Shown: in pieces, positions 11,903-24,952 of the stretch
Numbering within the stretch: the first letter of the stretch is position 1
Layout: each line of letters opens with the position of its first letter
NCBI RefSeq assembly: GCF_001194135.2
Contig: NC_069004.1
Span: 25,836,600-25,900,599 of the forward strand
Length of the DNA stretch: 64,000 nucleotides
Source: Octopus bimaculoides
Lineage: Eukaryota
Direction: 5' to 3'
Notes under the pieces: generated by a model
Database searches by the model: none
What the model saw: the letters and a program-made list of their open reading frames with translations, nothing else
What the model was told of the DNA's origin: nothing
Translations under genes and position numbers: made by a program

Positions 11903-12981
11903 CTAGGAAAGGAAAAAATGCAAATGAACAACAATGTATTGGTTTAATATATTTTGCAGGCATGGCTGTGTGGCTATGAAACCCACTTTGCATTCACACT
12001 TTAGGTTCAGTCCAATTGTAAGGCATTATATGAGAAAGGGTCTATCATATTGTATTACTCAACACTTGTTTTACGAAAGGGGAGATTGGCTTTTGCCTAT
12101 GAATGGCAACAAGGCTTGTAACATCAGGTCAATGGTGCACAGAAACAATATGACTGTCTAACCTTCAGATTACTCAGTCAAATGTAATGCTAGTTTATTC
12201 ACATTATTTTGAATTAAATTAATTATGCACTATTTTGTAGCTTTGAAGTTTTGATGTCATTGCTTATTTTTGGAATGATGTTGGATTGGAATGAGAAGCC
12301 AGATCTGGTTGGCTTGAACAGAGCAAGCAGACTATTTGGGCTTGATATGGACAGCCATGTAAAAATAAATGCCACAGAGGATTAATGGAAAGAAGGAAAT
12401 CCATTGTTTGCCTTCACCTCCTCCTCTTCCTCCTTCACATCTTTATGATTGAAGCTAATTGATTTTAATATTAAGGATTAAAAGCAAGCTTCAGAATCAG
12501 ATCTTTAAGAGCTTATTTTGCCCTCTATTTGGCAAAATGTAAATGGACTTTGTACAGATATATGTCAGTTTACATTTTAATAATTAACCATCAGCTACTG
12601 TCAACAATTGACTGGGAGAGAAAGAATTTCAATTAAATGTCACGACCAGCAGTTTTAAAGAGAGAGGAAGTTGATTATATCAATCCCAAAACTTGCTGGT
12701 GCTTGCTTTTTGTTGCTAAGCATTTTGTCCACTGTGTAAATTCTGCCAACTTGCTACATAATTGTCAAATAAATAAGGAAGTTACAAACAAGATGAGAGG
12801 CCATTTAGTGTAACAGAGTATGAATACAAAGTTTGAAATTGTTTAGTTAAAAAAAAACAAAAAAAAACATTAAAAATCTGTGAGCGAAACTGAACAGATC
12901 CAAATTTGTAGGTTAAATTGTAGCAAGATTGCCATGGAAACAGAATGGTAAAAGAGGAAGGAGAAAAACAAAACTACACAC

Positions 12982-13122
12982 CTGATCTGTGTTGTACATT
13001 CCCATACCAACTCCACCAGCTTTGAAGTTGAAGATTGTCATTCTTTGCTCTTGACCATTCTCTGGGGTGAAAACCATTTCCAATTTACCAGGGCCAGGTA
13101 TCACCAAATCGGTAGCTTTATA
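12982..13122 (-). CDS. IDH2: IDH2 exon 5: [47 protein letters not shown]
   Basis: ctttatttcag acceptor, weak GTGTGT donor, 141 nt; catalytic Tyr and clasp region. Confidence 0.95.
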
Positions 13123-13614
13123 CTGAAATAAAGAAAGGTCAAAGATTGTCGGATGTTTTAAAGTATTGATACATGAAAACTATGTTGCTTAACATTTTGC
13201 TTACCAATTCCGTCTCACTGCAGTGCAGAGTGAATATACTTTTTAACGTCTCTACAGATTTCCTATAGAAATTTTAGCTAGCAATAATTTGTTACATTTT
13301 GTATATGAATATGTTTGATGTAAACAATGTGATTAAGGATTCTTGCATCGTCTTCAGCACCAACTCATTAACCATCCATGAATACATTGCTCAAATAGCT
13401 ATCAAATATGGATGGATAAAACAACCAGATATACTGATTTTTACATAAACAGTCACGGCAGCTGGTAGGTAGATTGCTTATAGAACCAGCAATTAACAGA
13501 ATGAATATATTTGTTCTGTACCATGGAGAGATACACAGGGTATAAAACATTATGAACTAAAACATGCAGAGAGAGAGAAACATTTATTACAAAATTAGAC
13601 CACTGATTTCGCCT

Positions 13615-13866
13615 TACTGGCACTTGTGCCGGTGGCATGTGAACAAAACATTGGACTGACTCCTGTGTAGGTGGCACATAAAAAACACCATCTGAGTGTG
13701 GCCATTGCCAGGCACGTAAAAAGCACCCACTACACTCTGAGTGGTTGGCGTTAGGAAGGGCATTAGAAACTCTGCCAGATCAGATAGGAGCCATCTGGTT
13801 CGCCAATCCATAGTCAAATCGTTCAACCCATGCTAGCATGGAAAGCTGACGTTAAATGATGATGCA
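13615..13866 (+). mobile_element. SINE family 4 with (GAT)n tail. Others at about 10765-11005, 29080-29260, 30480-30690, 51560-51720, 52420-52635 and 57750-57910
   Basis: GTTGGCGTTAGGAAGGGCAT..CAACCCATGCTAGCATGGAA..TTAAATGATGATG, resembling RTE-type LINE 3' ends. Confidence 0.75.
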
Positions 13867-14662
13867 AAAGAAAATATGGCACAAAATAGTCTTTGAAGGC
13901 AAAGATCCAATCACACATGATTGTAAAGTTTATTTAGCAACCACTTGGTTCTAGGTTCAAACCCTTTATATAGAACTTTGGGCAAGTATTTTCAGCTCAC
14001 TAACTTTTGGTTGCCATTTGATCTTTGATATAAACAATGGCAAAAAAACTGGGAATGAGTTTCAGAATAAGAATGCTTTATGTGAAATTTGTTCTGTCCA
14101 TGTTGTACAAACAGCCCCTTTCTCAGTCAGAAATGCAGCAAACCAGTTATGGGTCTCTTAGAATTATATTAAAATGTTAAGGTGGGGAGCTAGCAAATTT
14201 ATTAATTCATTGGACAAAATGCATTGCGACATCTTTTTCTGTCCTGAATTTAAACTTTTTGAAGTCGATTTTACTTTCCATCCTTTCGAAGTTGATAAAA
14301 TAAATACCAGTTGAGCAAAGAGGATCATGTAATTGACTTCCCCTAAAAAATTATTGACCCCAGTTCTGTTTTCTTTTAGTTAAACTGCCAAGTTATGACA
14401 ATATAAACACACACATTTGACAGTCTTCTTTCCGTTTCTGTCTACCGAATCCACTTACAAAGCTTTGCTTGGCCTGGTGTTCTGGAAGACTTGTCCAAAG
14501 TGCCAAGGAGTGGGACTGAACCCAGAACTATGTGGTTGGGAAGCAAACTTCTTGCTACACAGCAATGTCTGCACCCAGAACAATACTTTACAACATACAC
14601 CGAAATAAGACTAAGTCTAACCAAGACTTGACCTGAACAACGATGATAATGTACATTCTTAC

Positions 14663-14823
14663 CTGATCACCATGGGCATGTCTGCCAATTGTAATAGCTT
14701 GGGTCCATCCAGGTACGAGACGAGGGATAGTCTTGCAAATAATTGGCTCACGGAAAACGGTGCCGCCTAAGATATTTCTTATGGTACCATTTGGACTCAG
14801 CCACATTTTCTTGAGGTTGAATT
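14663..14823 (-). CDS. IDH2: IDH2 exon 4: (E)[53 protein letters not shown]
   Basis: tcttacctag acceptor, GTAAGA donor, 161 nt; carries the isocitrate-binding arginines. Confidence 0.97.
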
Positions 14824-15381
14824 CTAGGTAAGAGAAGAGAGAAAATAGAATAGTTGATTAATGTCAGGTAATTCAGGTGACCAGTGAGGATGTGGAGTCA
14901 ACTGGAATTGGTAAAAATTAGTCTGACTAAATGCAAATTGCAATAAATCTTGTTAAAATCTATATATTTAAAGACAATAATTTAACCTCATTTGATGATG
15001 ATGATGATACCAACCTTCCTGAGATCAACCCTAGTTCGATAAGAAACTTAGTTTTGAGGTGATTTAGATTAAATTTCCTGTTAATTTATTTTCCAAAGAA
15101 TTTTTTCTCAAAATTGAAACAAACTCAGTGAAACAAATGTGATGGTAGCAGAGAGGAAGATGAATGTTTTGGATCAATGCTGTCATCCTTTTTGATGGGC
15201 TGTCATAAGCAGAAATATCTGTGTAAGGCCAATGCAGTCTGTCTTTATATTCGACAACAAAATCTGTTAAATGTTCAAGGGAATCAATCATTCAGTCTTA
15301 CATGCAGTCCAAGAAACATTTTCATCAATCAACTCAACCAGTTACCACAGCAGACCAACAACCACAACATCCATACTTTCA

Positions 15382-15596
15382 AAGTGTTTCCCAACCATTT
15401 TTTTTTTCACTTATGGACCTCTCCGATTCCCATTTTATTTGGACAAACCTTCAGAGTCATCCAAGGTTTTAAAAATCCTATCATATTTTTAGAAATTGTA
15501 TAAAATCAAAATATTTTGTCTTGAAGTATATAACCAATATCTTGGAGCTAAATCTTATCACCATTATCTTATATAGACCCCATTTGAGAACCACTG
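15382..15596. mobile_element. Second copy of the same hAT MITE family
   Basis: AAGTGTTTCCCAAC...TTGAGAACCACTG; internal similarity to the 52702 copy. Confidence 0.55.
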
Positions 15597-15598
15597 CT

Positions 15599-15820
15599 TT
15601 AACCCTTTAGCATTTAAACTGACTATATCTGGCCAAAATATTCTACCTGCTTTATGTTCTAACCAGCCAGATCTAGTCTATCATGCTAACCCTTCAATGT
15701 TATAAAATACAACAATTCACATCATCAAAATTTCAAAGCTACAAAATAATGCATGATTAATTAAAAACAATTTGAATGAAAAATTACATTTGACAGAATA
15801 CCTGAATGCTAAAGGGTTAA
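15599..15820 (+). mobile_element. piggyBac-type MITE, family B (214 bp)
   Basis: TTAA TSDs; perfect 12-bp TIRs CCCTTTAGCATT / AATGCTAAAGGG. Confidence 0.92.
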
Positions 15821-15967
15821 ATGAATAATTTGAAGAGTTACATCAGCCATATATGGTATATTTCCATCAATAGATAAATATTATCTGTCTAATTAAAATT
15901 AGACGAGCCACAATTAGAGTTGGCTTTACATACTTGGTGACTGAATTTTCTTTTTTTTTTTGGGTCG

Positions 15968-16188
15968 TTAAACTTTTTAGCATTCAGATCATTGTCAAAT
16001 TTAATGTTTATTCATCGTTTTGAATTAATTATGCATTATCTCATAACTTTGAGATTTCAATGATGTAATTGTATATCTTTTAAATTTTATTGTAGGATAG
16101 GTGAAGGAGAATGGCTCTGGTCAGTTCAACCATAAAACAAGTAGAATATTTTGACTGAATATGGTAGGACTAAATGTTAACGGGTTAA
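15968..16188 (-). mobile_element. Family B MITE, inverted relative to 15603-15816
   Basis: TTAA-flanked with degenerate TIRs; the reverse complement aligns along the length of the 15603 copy. Confidence 0.85.
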
Positions 16189-16370
16189 ACCCTTTGATAC
16201 CAACAGGCTTGAGACTGCTCCTGGTTCTGTAAAACCAAATTTTCTGTTTCAAAGTCATCTAAATTTAAATCTTCCTTCAAAATTTCTTATAGATTTATGC
16301 GCCAAACTGTTCAATCAACTCTTAACACAAAATTGGCATTAATTCTACAAATCCCTTCACTAAAGAGTCA
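16185..16370. mobile_element. Partial family A-like piggyBac MITE abutting a family B copy at a shared TTAA
   Basis: TTAAA-CCCTTTGATACCAAC..., similar to the left end of 56598. Confidence 0.55.
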
Positions 16371-16435
16371 TTCAATTATACAGATTTAAGTGTATTTGCA
16401 GCCAGGAGATTTAGCTGGAGTATATTAATACTGAC

Positions 16436-16601
16436 CTTCCACTCGGGCCTCGTCTGGAGTGATAGTAGCACATTTAATCCCAACATTGTACTTCATGATG
16501 GCGTGGGCAGAATCAATAGTGACCTGATCATCGGTGGCATCTCGGTGTGGAAGACCCAAATCGAAGTATTTGCAATCCACCTTCACATATGGGAAGATTA
16601 G
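16436..16601 (-). CDS. IDH2: IDH2 exon 3: [55 protein letters not shown]
   Basis: ctttattatag acceptor, GTCAGT donor, 166 nt. Absent from the ORF track. Confidence 0.96.
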
Positions 16602-17214
16602 CTATAATAAAGAAGAAAAAACAAAGGGGAGTTTATTACAAATATAAAAAAAAACAAAAAAAAAACACTAAAGAAATGTAAGTAGGTGTATGTGCTTAAT
16701 TACATGTGCAATATAATAGATTACATTTGTAGATCATATATGCCGTTCCATGATGGTAAGATCAACAAAAAAAAGTATTCCATCTGTTGAGAGATCATTA
16801 TTTAATAAACACAATTTATGATTTATGTGCTACTATTAGTTTCATGTGTTGAGAACATGCCAAACAGTGTTTTATAACATGCCTAGTGAGCCAGCGCAAT
16901 CATCAGACACTGCCCACATGGAATAATGAACTAAAAATGGGACAAGAGAAAAAAAAACAAGAAATATATATAGTTGAACAAGTCGACCCCAGTGTTCTTT
17001 TTTTTGAAACCCAGTACTTATTTTATCAGTCAATTTTGCTAAACTGCTAGGTCACAGGGATGTAAGCACACCACCACTGGTTGTCAAGCAACAGAAGGGG
17101 ACAAACAGATACATATATACAGCAGGTTTCTCCCAGTTTCTGCCTACTAAATCCACTCACAAAGCTTTGATTGTCCCATTCGTTAACATTAGCTTGAAGA
17201 GCCACATGCCTGCA

Positions 17215-17216
<2 letters not shown>

Positions 17217-17297
<81 letters not shown>
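17217..17297. repeat. (TA)n microsatellite. Others at about 19683, 20100, 33180, 34760, 54305 and 56560
   Basis: Direct reading. Confidence 0.97.
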
Positions 17298-17300
<3 letters not shown>

Positions 17301-17812
17301 TATGCATACACACACCACACATATGCATGCTTAATATGTAGAGAGATCAGTATGATTTGGGCAATCACCACATCAGCATTTCATGTACAAACCTGGATAG
17401 CATTCCAGTAACCAAAAGGAAAATAAATTTTCAAAACTAATTAATCTATGCTAATACAGTTAAACTGCAATAGACCAATGTCCCATTTAGCAAAGGTGGC
17501 GGGTGTGTCATGATCTTGGTAACATATCCCAGGGAAACTGGGCAGCTAGCCTTATAAGTCCTAAGGCTCAAGAAAAAAGTTTAAAATATAAAAATTCATG
17601 TAAGATTAATATTAAAATATGGTATAAAAAAAAAAACAACTTATTTTTAATTGTAACTAAGCATTTAAAGCAACCATATTCAACTGTTTTATGTCCAAAG
17701 CAGCCAGTTCTTGCCTCTCAAACCAACCCTATAATATTCTAAAAATAGATACTTACAAAATTTCAAGGCTATGAAATAATGCAGAATTCAAAATAATGAA
17801 TAAATAAGGACT

Positions 17813-18152
17813 ATAGGTGCATGCATGACTGTGAGGTCAGAAGCTTGCTTCCCAACCACATGGTTTTGGGTTCATTCCCACTGTGCAGTACCTTGGGCAA
17901 GTGTCTTCTACTCTAAACCTTGGGTCGACCAAAGCCTTCTGAGTGGATTTAATAGACAGAAACTGAAAGAAGCCCATCATGTGTGTGTGTGTTGCATTTA
18001 TGTTCCCACAGCTTACCAGTTCAGCAACAGAGACTGATAGAATAAATACTAGGCTCACAAAGAATAAGTCCTGGGGTTGATTTGTTCGTCTAAAACCCTT
18101 TAAGGCAGTGCTCTAGCATGGCCGCAGTCAAATGACTGAAACAGGTAGAAGA
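17813..18152 (+). mobile_element. SINE family 2 copy
   Basis: Same head, body and 3' domain, on the + strand. Confidence 0.85.
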
Positions 18153-19679
18153 CCAGAAGAATATTTGATAGAGTAATCCAAGTGTTAAAGTGTTTCACAG
18201 GTAATAGTGTGGCAGGGGGTGAAAAGAGGGAGAAGAAGTATCCAAGACTAGGTTAATTGACAGCCTTTAATAAAGAAGCCATTAATGTTTTATAATTTTA
18301 GGAAAGGTAGGAAAAGACGTGAGATGATGTCATCTTTACTCATGAGTATTATTTATTAACAGGCTTCAAGTGAAGGAAAAGTATAATGACCTAAAACTAG
18401 GTCACAATTTCATTTTGCCGCCTCTCTGCAAGGTCACAAATTCAGTTTACAAGTAAGCGTGTAAGAAGATTTGTGGTCAAGTTTGACAACGAGTATTCCA
18501 GTTGTTCAGCCAACCGAAACATTATATAATTCCAGAGTAAGTGGCTTAGATTTTCTGATATGCACTATTAACGTAATTCACAGAGAGAATTGTTTTACTA
18601 AGTTCAACACACACACACACACACACACACACGTATGTAGCTACAGGTGTGATTGTCCTATTAAGAAGCTTGCTTCTCAATCATGCAGCCTCAGGTTTAG
18701 TCCTCTATGTTTTGCCTTTGGCAAATGTCTTCTACCATCTCGGGTTGATATCAGAATTCCAAAGTAACTTTTCATTGGCCAACTCCTTACAGGAAGATCA
18801 GGTGGAAGGCTTCTCTTGCACTTCAAAGACAAACTAAAAGACAATCTGAAGCAATGCAACATTCCATTTTCTTCCTGGGGAAACAAAGCTTCAGAATGCA
18901 GGACCTGGCACCAGTCCTGCTTCTCACTTCAAAGAATTGAGCAAATGGCAAAATGCTGCTCTGCTAAATGGAAACCTTACCTGTCATGGTGGTTTTGTGG
19001 TACGAAGCAAAGCAAGCCTTGCCATCTACTCAAAACACACAGTAAATGATCCACAAGCATACTGAGTTCTCAATTTGTTCCATCTGCCAAAAGGTCTACA
19101 AGGAACCAGCAGGTCTCAAGAGAGACATTCGTGTCCATAGATCATGATCAAAAACTTTATTTTACTGAACTCTCAATTGTTGTTCACAAAAGGAGAATCC
19201 ATCATATATATATATAATCCCTGGACTATCACAGGTGTCATGTTTCCAAACTCCCCATGATAGGTGAAAATCCACGAAGTGGAAACAGTAGTATATTTTA
19301 TTATTTGTATTATATTATTTTATTATAAATGCAAAACACCACCACACACTTGCCTCCAGAGTTTCGTCTTCCATACAGTAGGTGTGATTCTTTGTTTACT
19401 CATCTATGGTACCCTACGTATTTGCTTTTAATACATTTTAATTGAAGTGTTATACAGTGCAGGACTGTACTATATTTTTATTAATTTTTAAGTGTGAACA
19501 TGCTTATTTTATCACAGAAATAATCAAAATCTAGAAAAATGTAAACACCTATCAACCACAGAAACCCACGATATATTGAGGAGACAGCAATATAAATTTA
19601 CATATATTAACCAGAAAAATCCAATGTACTTAGTGCATGGTAGATGGACTGCAGTAAGGTAAGGGATTACTGTGTGTGA

Positions 19680-19719
<40 letters not shown>

Positions 19720-20098
19720 AACAAATGGTAAATGAGTATATGCATATATACGTACAGGTATGTGCATACCGACATCCACCTGTATGTATAGGTGCATATT
19801 TGGGTACAGGACATTGCAAACAAAACAGAGACAAGAAAACACACAAGCCACATAGAGAACATTCTACTTCATCAGCTACCTCCGTTTTAACACCGGCATT
19901 TCGAAGAGCTAGGCAGGACACATCGTTAAAACAGCTCTTCCCATGGACCGCAAATTAAATTTGTATACAGAAATTAAATCTTCCCATGGAGGAATGTTGT
20001 GGCGGACAAAAAACAAGACAGGAAAACAAACAGAAAAATTGTTTGTGTGTGAACGATGTGAGGCACGAACTTGAAAGTAGGGACGAAATGGTTCGTGA

Positions 20099-20129
<31 letters not shown>

Positions 20130-22817
20130 CACACACGGTATTCCCAAACTATTTCAGTGAAATCAGGCAAATTAAAAAAAAAAACTAACAGAATTCTATG
20201 TTTATTATTTAGAATAAAACATGTATAAATCATATCAAAATTATTGAAAACTTTCATGTGCTCTGTCAAAGTCCAAATGAATCCTTGGCTTTGCTAAACA
20301 CATTTTGAAGCATTTCAGGGGTTACCTCCTGCACTGCTAACTGGATGCGTTCTTTAAGGTCAGCTAAACCATTGCTACATCCTTGAGACAGGGTAAGTCA
20401 ATTACATCCACCCCAGCACATGACTGGTACTCTCAGGAGCATTTGAACTCAGAAAGTAAAGAATTCGAAGAAATGGAGTTAAGCATTTTATCTGGAATGG
20501 TAACAACACTGCCTGCTATTTAATAATAATAATAATGGTTTCAAATTTTGGAACAAGGTCAGCAAGTTCAGTGAGAGGGGATAAGTCGATCACATTGATG
20601 TCAGTGCTCAAATGGTACTTATTTTATTGACCCCGCAAAGGATGAAAGGTGAAGTTGACCTTTGATTCTAAAAACAGACAAAATGACGCAAAGCATTTTC
20701 TCTGACAGGCTAATGATTCCTTCAGCAAATAATAAGAGCACTCAGAGAGTGAAAACCTCTGCCAAGGCAACACCAACGTCCTCTCAACGATTAGCCAGAG
20801 ATGATTTTTAAAAGAGAATACCTGAAACAAACTCGACTGCTCTCACAAATGAGAATACTAAAAAAATGAATCCAACCGCACTCAAAAATGAAGTAAAAAA
20901 ATGGGAAAAATAATCCAGAATCCTTGTCTGGTACTGGATTGATCCCAAAATCTAATCAGTTTGTGCCAGTCACGAGGCCAAATATCCCTTAAAGTTTCAT
21001 CTGAACCCATCCAGTAGTTCTTGAGATATCTTGTTCATGGACAAACAAACACAACTAAAAACAATACCTCCACCCTCACTAACGCAGAGGTAATTATCCT
21101 TTCTACTATAGGTAGAAGGCCTGAAAAGTGGAGGTGGGTAGTCGATTACATTGACTCCAATACTCAAGTGGTACTTTAACAACTTTGAAAGGATGAAAGG
21201 CAAAGTCAACCTTGACGGAATTTGAACTCAGAACATAGCAACAGACCACTAAGCATTTTGCCTGACATGCTAACAGCTCAATGCTTTATCAGTAGTAGTA
21301 GTAGTACATAAATTGGCCAGCTGGCAAAATCACTAAAGTACAATGGAGAATTTGTTTCAGCCCTTGATATAACCCACCATATCCAGTTAAAATAGGTTAT
21401 ATCTTCAAACCAGCCAGATCAGGTCTCTCACACTTACCCTACGACATACTAAAATTAACAAGTTATTGAAATCTCAAAGCTACAAGATAATGTGAATAAA
21501 TAAGCACTACATTTGATAGAATAAGCTGAATGCTAGATTAAACTCATACCAACACCACTGAAGTAACCTTATAACCGAAGGTATTCCAGCTGTAACCATC
21601 CAGTCTTTTTCTATTTACCTTGACAGGTGTGCATATGTGATATAAAAGAGATTTAACTGCTATATCTAGGAGTAATAGCATTTGTATAGCTAATGAATTA
21701 AGTACTCCAGTATTAATATAGAGGCATGTATGTGCATATAAGCTTGCTTCCCAATCACATGGCTCTGGGTTCAGTCCCACTGTGTGGCACCTTGGACAAA
21801 TGTCTACTATAGCCTCGGTCCGACCAAAGCCTTGAGAGGGGATTTAGTAGATAGAAACTAAAAGTTTGTGTTTAAGAAAAGAAAAGCACATGGGCTGGAT
21901 ACATTCAAGGTGATACCCCAGTATGGCCACAGTCTACTGACTGAGATGATTAAAATAAGCCATCTTGGGAGAAACTGGAGTAGTGAGCAATATTGATTTT
22001 GTTAACAGATTTTTTTTTGTTTCTTTTATTCTTTAAAAGCCCAAGTATATATGAATAAAGCAATCAATAATAATGTGTGCGTGTGAGACCATGTGTGTGG
22101 GTGTGTGTCAGTGCGTACAAGTGCATGTGTATGTAGGCACGTGGTTATATCTAAGCGTACATAATGATATAATTGTATATCCTTGTGTATAAAAATAAAG
22201 AAAATTTTGAAAAGCCACCACAAGTTAACACAAAGTGTTCGGCACACGAAGCGGACACATTTATTTATAAAAACAATGATTCTTACAAGACCTGTCTTGT
22301 TTTCTTCACATCAGAATTTACTGAATTCTAAAGCAAAGGAAACAAGATTAGTCTTGTGTAATTTTTCTAATAAATGCGTGTGTGTGTGTGTTTATGGGTG
22401 TGTGTGTGTATNNNNNNNNNNNNNNNNNNNNNNNNNNNNNNNNNNNNNNNNNNNNNNNNNNNNNNNNNNNNNNNNNNNNNNNNNNNNNNNNNNNNNNNNN
22501 NNNNNNNNNNNNNNNNNNNNNNNNNNNNNNNNNNNNNNNNNNNNNNNNNNNNNNNNNNNNNNNNNNNNNNNNNNNNNNNNNNNNNNNNNNNNNNNNGGGA
22601 CAAATCACAAACACACACAACAGGCTTCTTTCAGTTTCTGTATCAAGCCCACTCAAGGATTTGGTTGGCCTGAGGCTATAGTAGAAGACACTTGCCTAAG
22701 GTGCCATGCAGTGGGACTGAACCTGGAACCTTGTGGTTGGAAAGCAAGCTTCTTACCACACGGCCATACCTGCGCCTATGTATAATTCATCTTTTTCAGC
22801 CATGCTGGGATACTGCC

Positions 22818-22997
22818 ATAACTCTTTAGCATTCTGATTATTTTGTCAAAAGGATTGAATTTCCATTCAAACTGTTTTTAATTAATCCTGCATTATTTTG
22901 TAGCTTCAAAATTTTAACGATGTGTGTGATAGGTTGGATAGAACTTAAAATAGAATATTTAGGCTGGAAATGACCAGTTTAAGTGCTAAAGGGTTAA
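22818..22997 (-). mobile_element. Family B MITE
   Basis: ATAA-CTCTTTAGCATT...AGTGCTAAAGGG-TTAA. Confidence 0.85.
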
Positions 22998-24060
22998 AAG
23001 CATTTTAGTCAGACAAATCAACTCAACCCAGTATATATATATATATTTTTTGAAAACTAGTAGTTCTGTTGGTCTCTTTTGCTGAACTGCTAAGTTACAG
23101 GGAAATAAATGCTAAGTGGTGGCAGGGAATAAACAAAGACAAGCACACACGACAGGCTTCTTTTAATTTCTATCTACCAAATCCAATTACAAGGATTTGG
23201 CCAGCTTGAGGCTATAGCAGAGAACACCCACCCAAGGTACCATGTAGTGGGACTGAACCCAGAACCATGTGGTTGGGAAGCAAACTTCTTACCACAATCA
23301 TGCCTGTGTGTATGTGTATACATACATATATATATATACACACACACACACACACTGGGTATAATGGAAATTATCAGCCAGATGTTATATTGTAATAAGA
23401 GAGAAGTCACTCAACAGGTGGTAGCTGATTCTAAATGGTTTCATAGAAATTGGAGAGACCGACAAGGTGACACTTCTAGGCGTAAGCATAGCCATATAGA
23501 TAGTAGCTAAAAATATAGCTTTGCAACTAGATGGCTCTAGGTTCAATTCCACTGGGGAGTGGGTAAAATTAATTATATTAATCCCAATATCAAGTATTAT
23601 ATTTCATTGACACCCCCCACCCCACTCCCAGAAAGATGAAAAGCAAAGTTGACCTTGGTGAGTTCAAAACCTGTTTACGTTGACTTTGTCTTTCACCCTT
23701 CCAAGGTCAACATAACTAACAACTGCTTCGGCTAACGCCTAGCCTCATGCATGCGCTAGAAAATATAACAGGCATACCTGCATAGTTAAGAAGTTTACTT
23801 CCCAACCAGGTTATCATAGGTTCACTCTCACTGTATGGCATTTTGAGCAAGTGTCCTCAGCTGTAGCTCCATGATGAAGAAAACCCTTGGTAGATTTGGT
23901 AGATGGAAACTGTCAGAAGCCTGTTGTCATCGAGATACATTTTTCTTGGCTAGATACCTTCCCAGATGGGCCATACCCCACCCATTTCCAAGTAAGGTAA
24001 TATCAGAACCGCCCCCAACCCCGACTGCATGACATATCTTTACAGAAGACATTTTTGTTC

Positions 24061-24423
24061 TTTTACTTGTTTCAGTCTTTTGACTGCGGCCATGCTGGAG
24101 CACCACCTTTAGTCAAGCAAATCAACTCCAAGACTTATTCTCTGGAAGCCTAGTACTTATTCTATCGGTCCCTTTTGCCGAACCACTAAGTTACGGGCAC
24201 GAAAACACACCAGCATCAGTTGTCAAGTGATGTTGGGGGGACAAACACAGACACACAAACACATACATATATACGACGGGCTTCTTTCAGTTTCCGTCTA
24301 CCAAATCCACTCACAAGGCTATAGTAGAAGACACTCGCCCAAGATGCCACGCAGTGGGACTGAACTCGGAACCATGTGGTTGATAAGCAAGCTACTTACC
24401 ACACAGCCACTCATGCACCTATA
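24061..24423 (-). mobile_element. Near full-length composite SINE family 2: tRNA head, body, internal (TA/TG)n, 3' domain
   Basis: A box TGGCTGTGTGG and B box GAGTTCAGTCCC; body ...GTAGACGGAAACTGAAAGAAGCCCGTCG; microsatellite; 3' domain ending CCAGCATGGCCGCAGTCA..GACTGAAACAAGTAAAA. Confidence 0.88.
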
Positions 24424-24860
24424 GACTGGAAACAATGGGCACACCTAGTATGATATTGATGCTCATTTACAACTATCATACAATGTCAAGACAGAGACAA
24501 CAACACAGATGTTAGGCTTCTTTCAGTTTCCATCTACAAAATCCACTCACAAGGCTTCTGGTCAACCAGAGGCTTATAGTAGATGACGCTTGCTCAAGGT
24601 GCCATGCAATGGGCTGAGCTTGAAAGTATGTGGTTGGGAAGCAAACTTCTTACTACACAGCCATGCTTGACATTGTAGGGTAGGTGTGAGAGGCCTGATC
24701 TGTCCAGTCTGAACATAAAACGGGTAGGGTATTTGGGCCTGATGTGGTTAGTTTGAATACCAAAGGGTTAAAGCAACAATGACGATGACGATTTCTGATG
24801 AGAGCAATTAATTTGGTAAAACACAGGCTGAGTGAGATGCTTTCGCAAAGACCAACTTAC

Positions 24861-24952
24861 CCTCTCCTTTATCTTTTCCCAAATGATTCTGGTCATTTCA
24901 TCACCATCCAACTCCACCACGGGGTTAGCCACTTCAATTCTTTTCTTTGCAT
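24861..24952 (-). CDS. IDH2: IDH2 exon 2: (Y)[30 protein letters not shown]
   Basis: ttttgcttcag acceptor, GTAAGT donor, 92 nt, [10 protein letters not shown] motif. Absent from the ORF track. Confidence 0.96.

Noticed and set aside
19865-19945. Second hammerhead-like motif set (CTTCGAAA...CTGATGAAG on the minus strand)
   Set aside because: Motif order and stems do not close into a valid type I, II or III fold.
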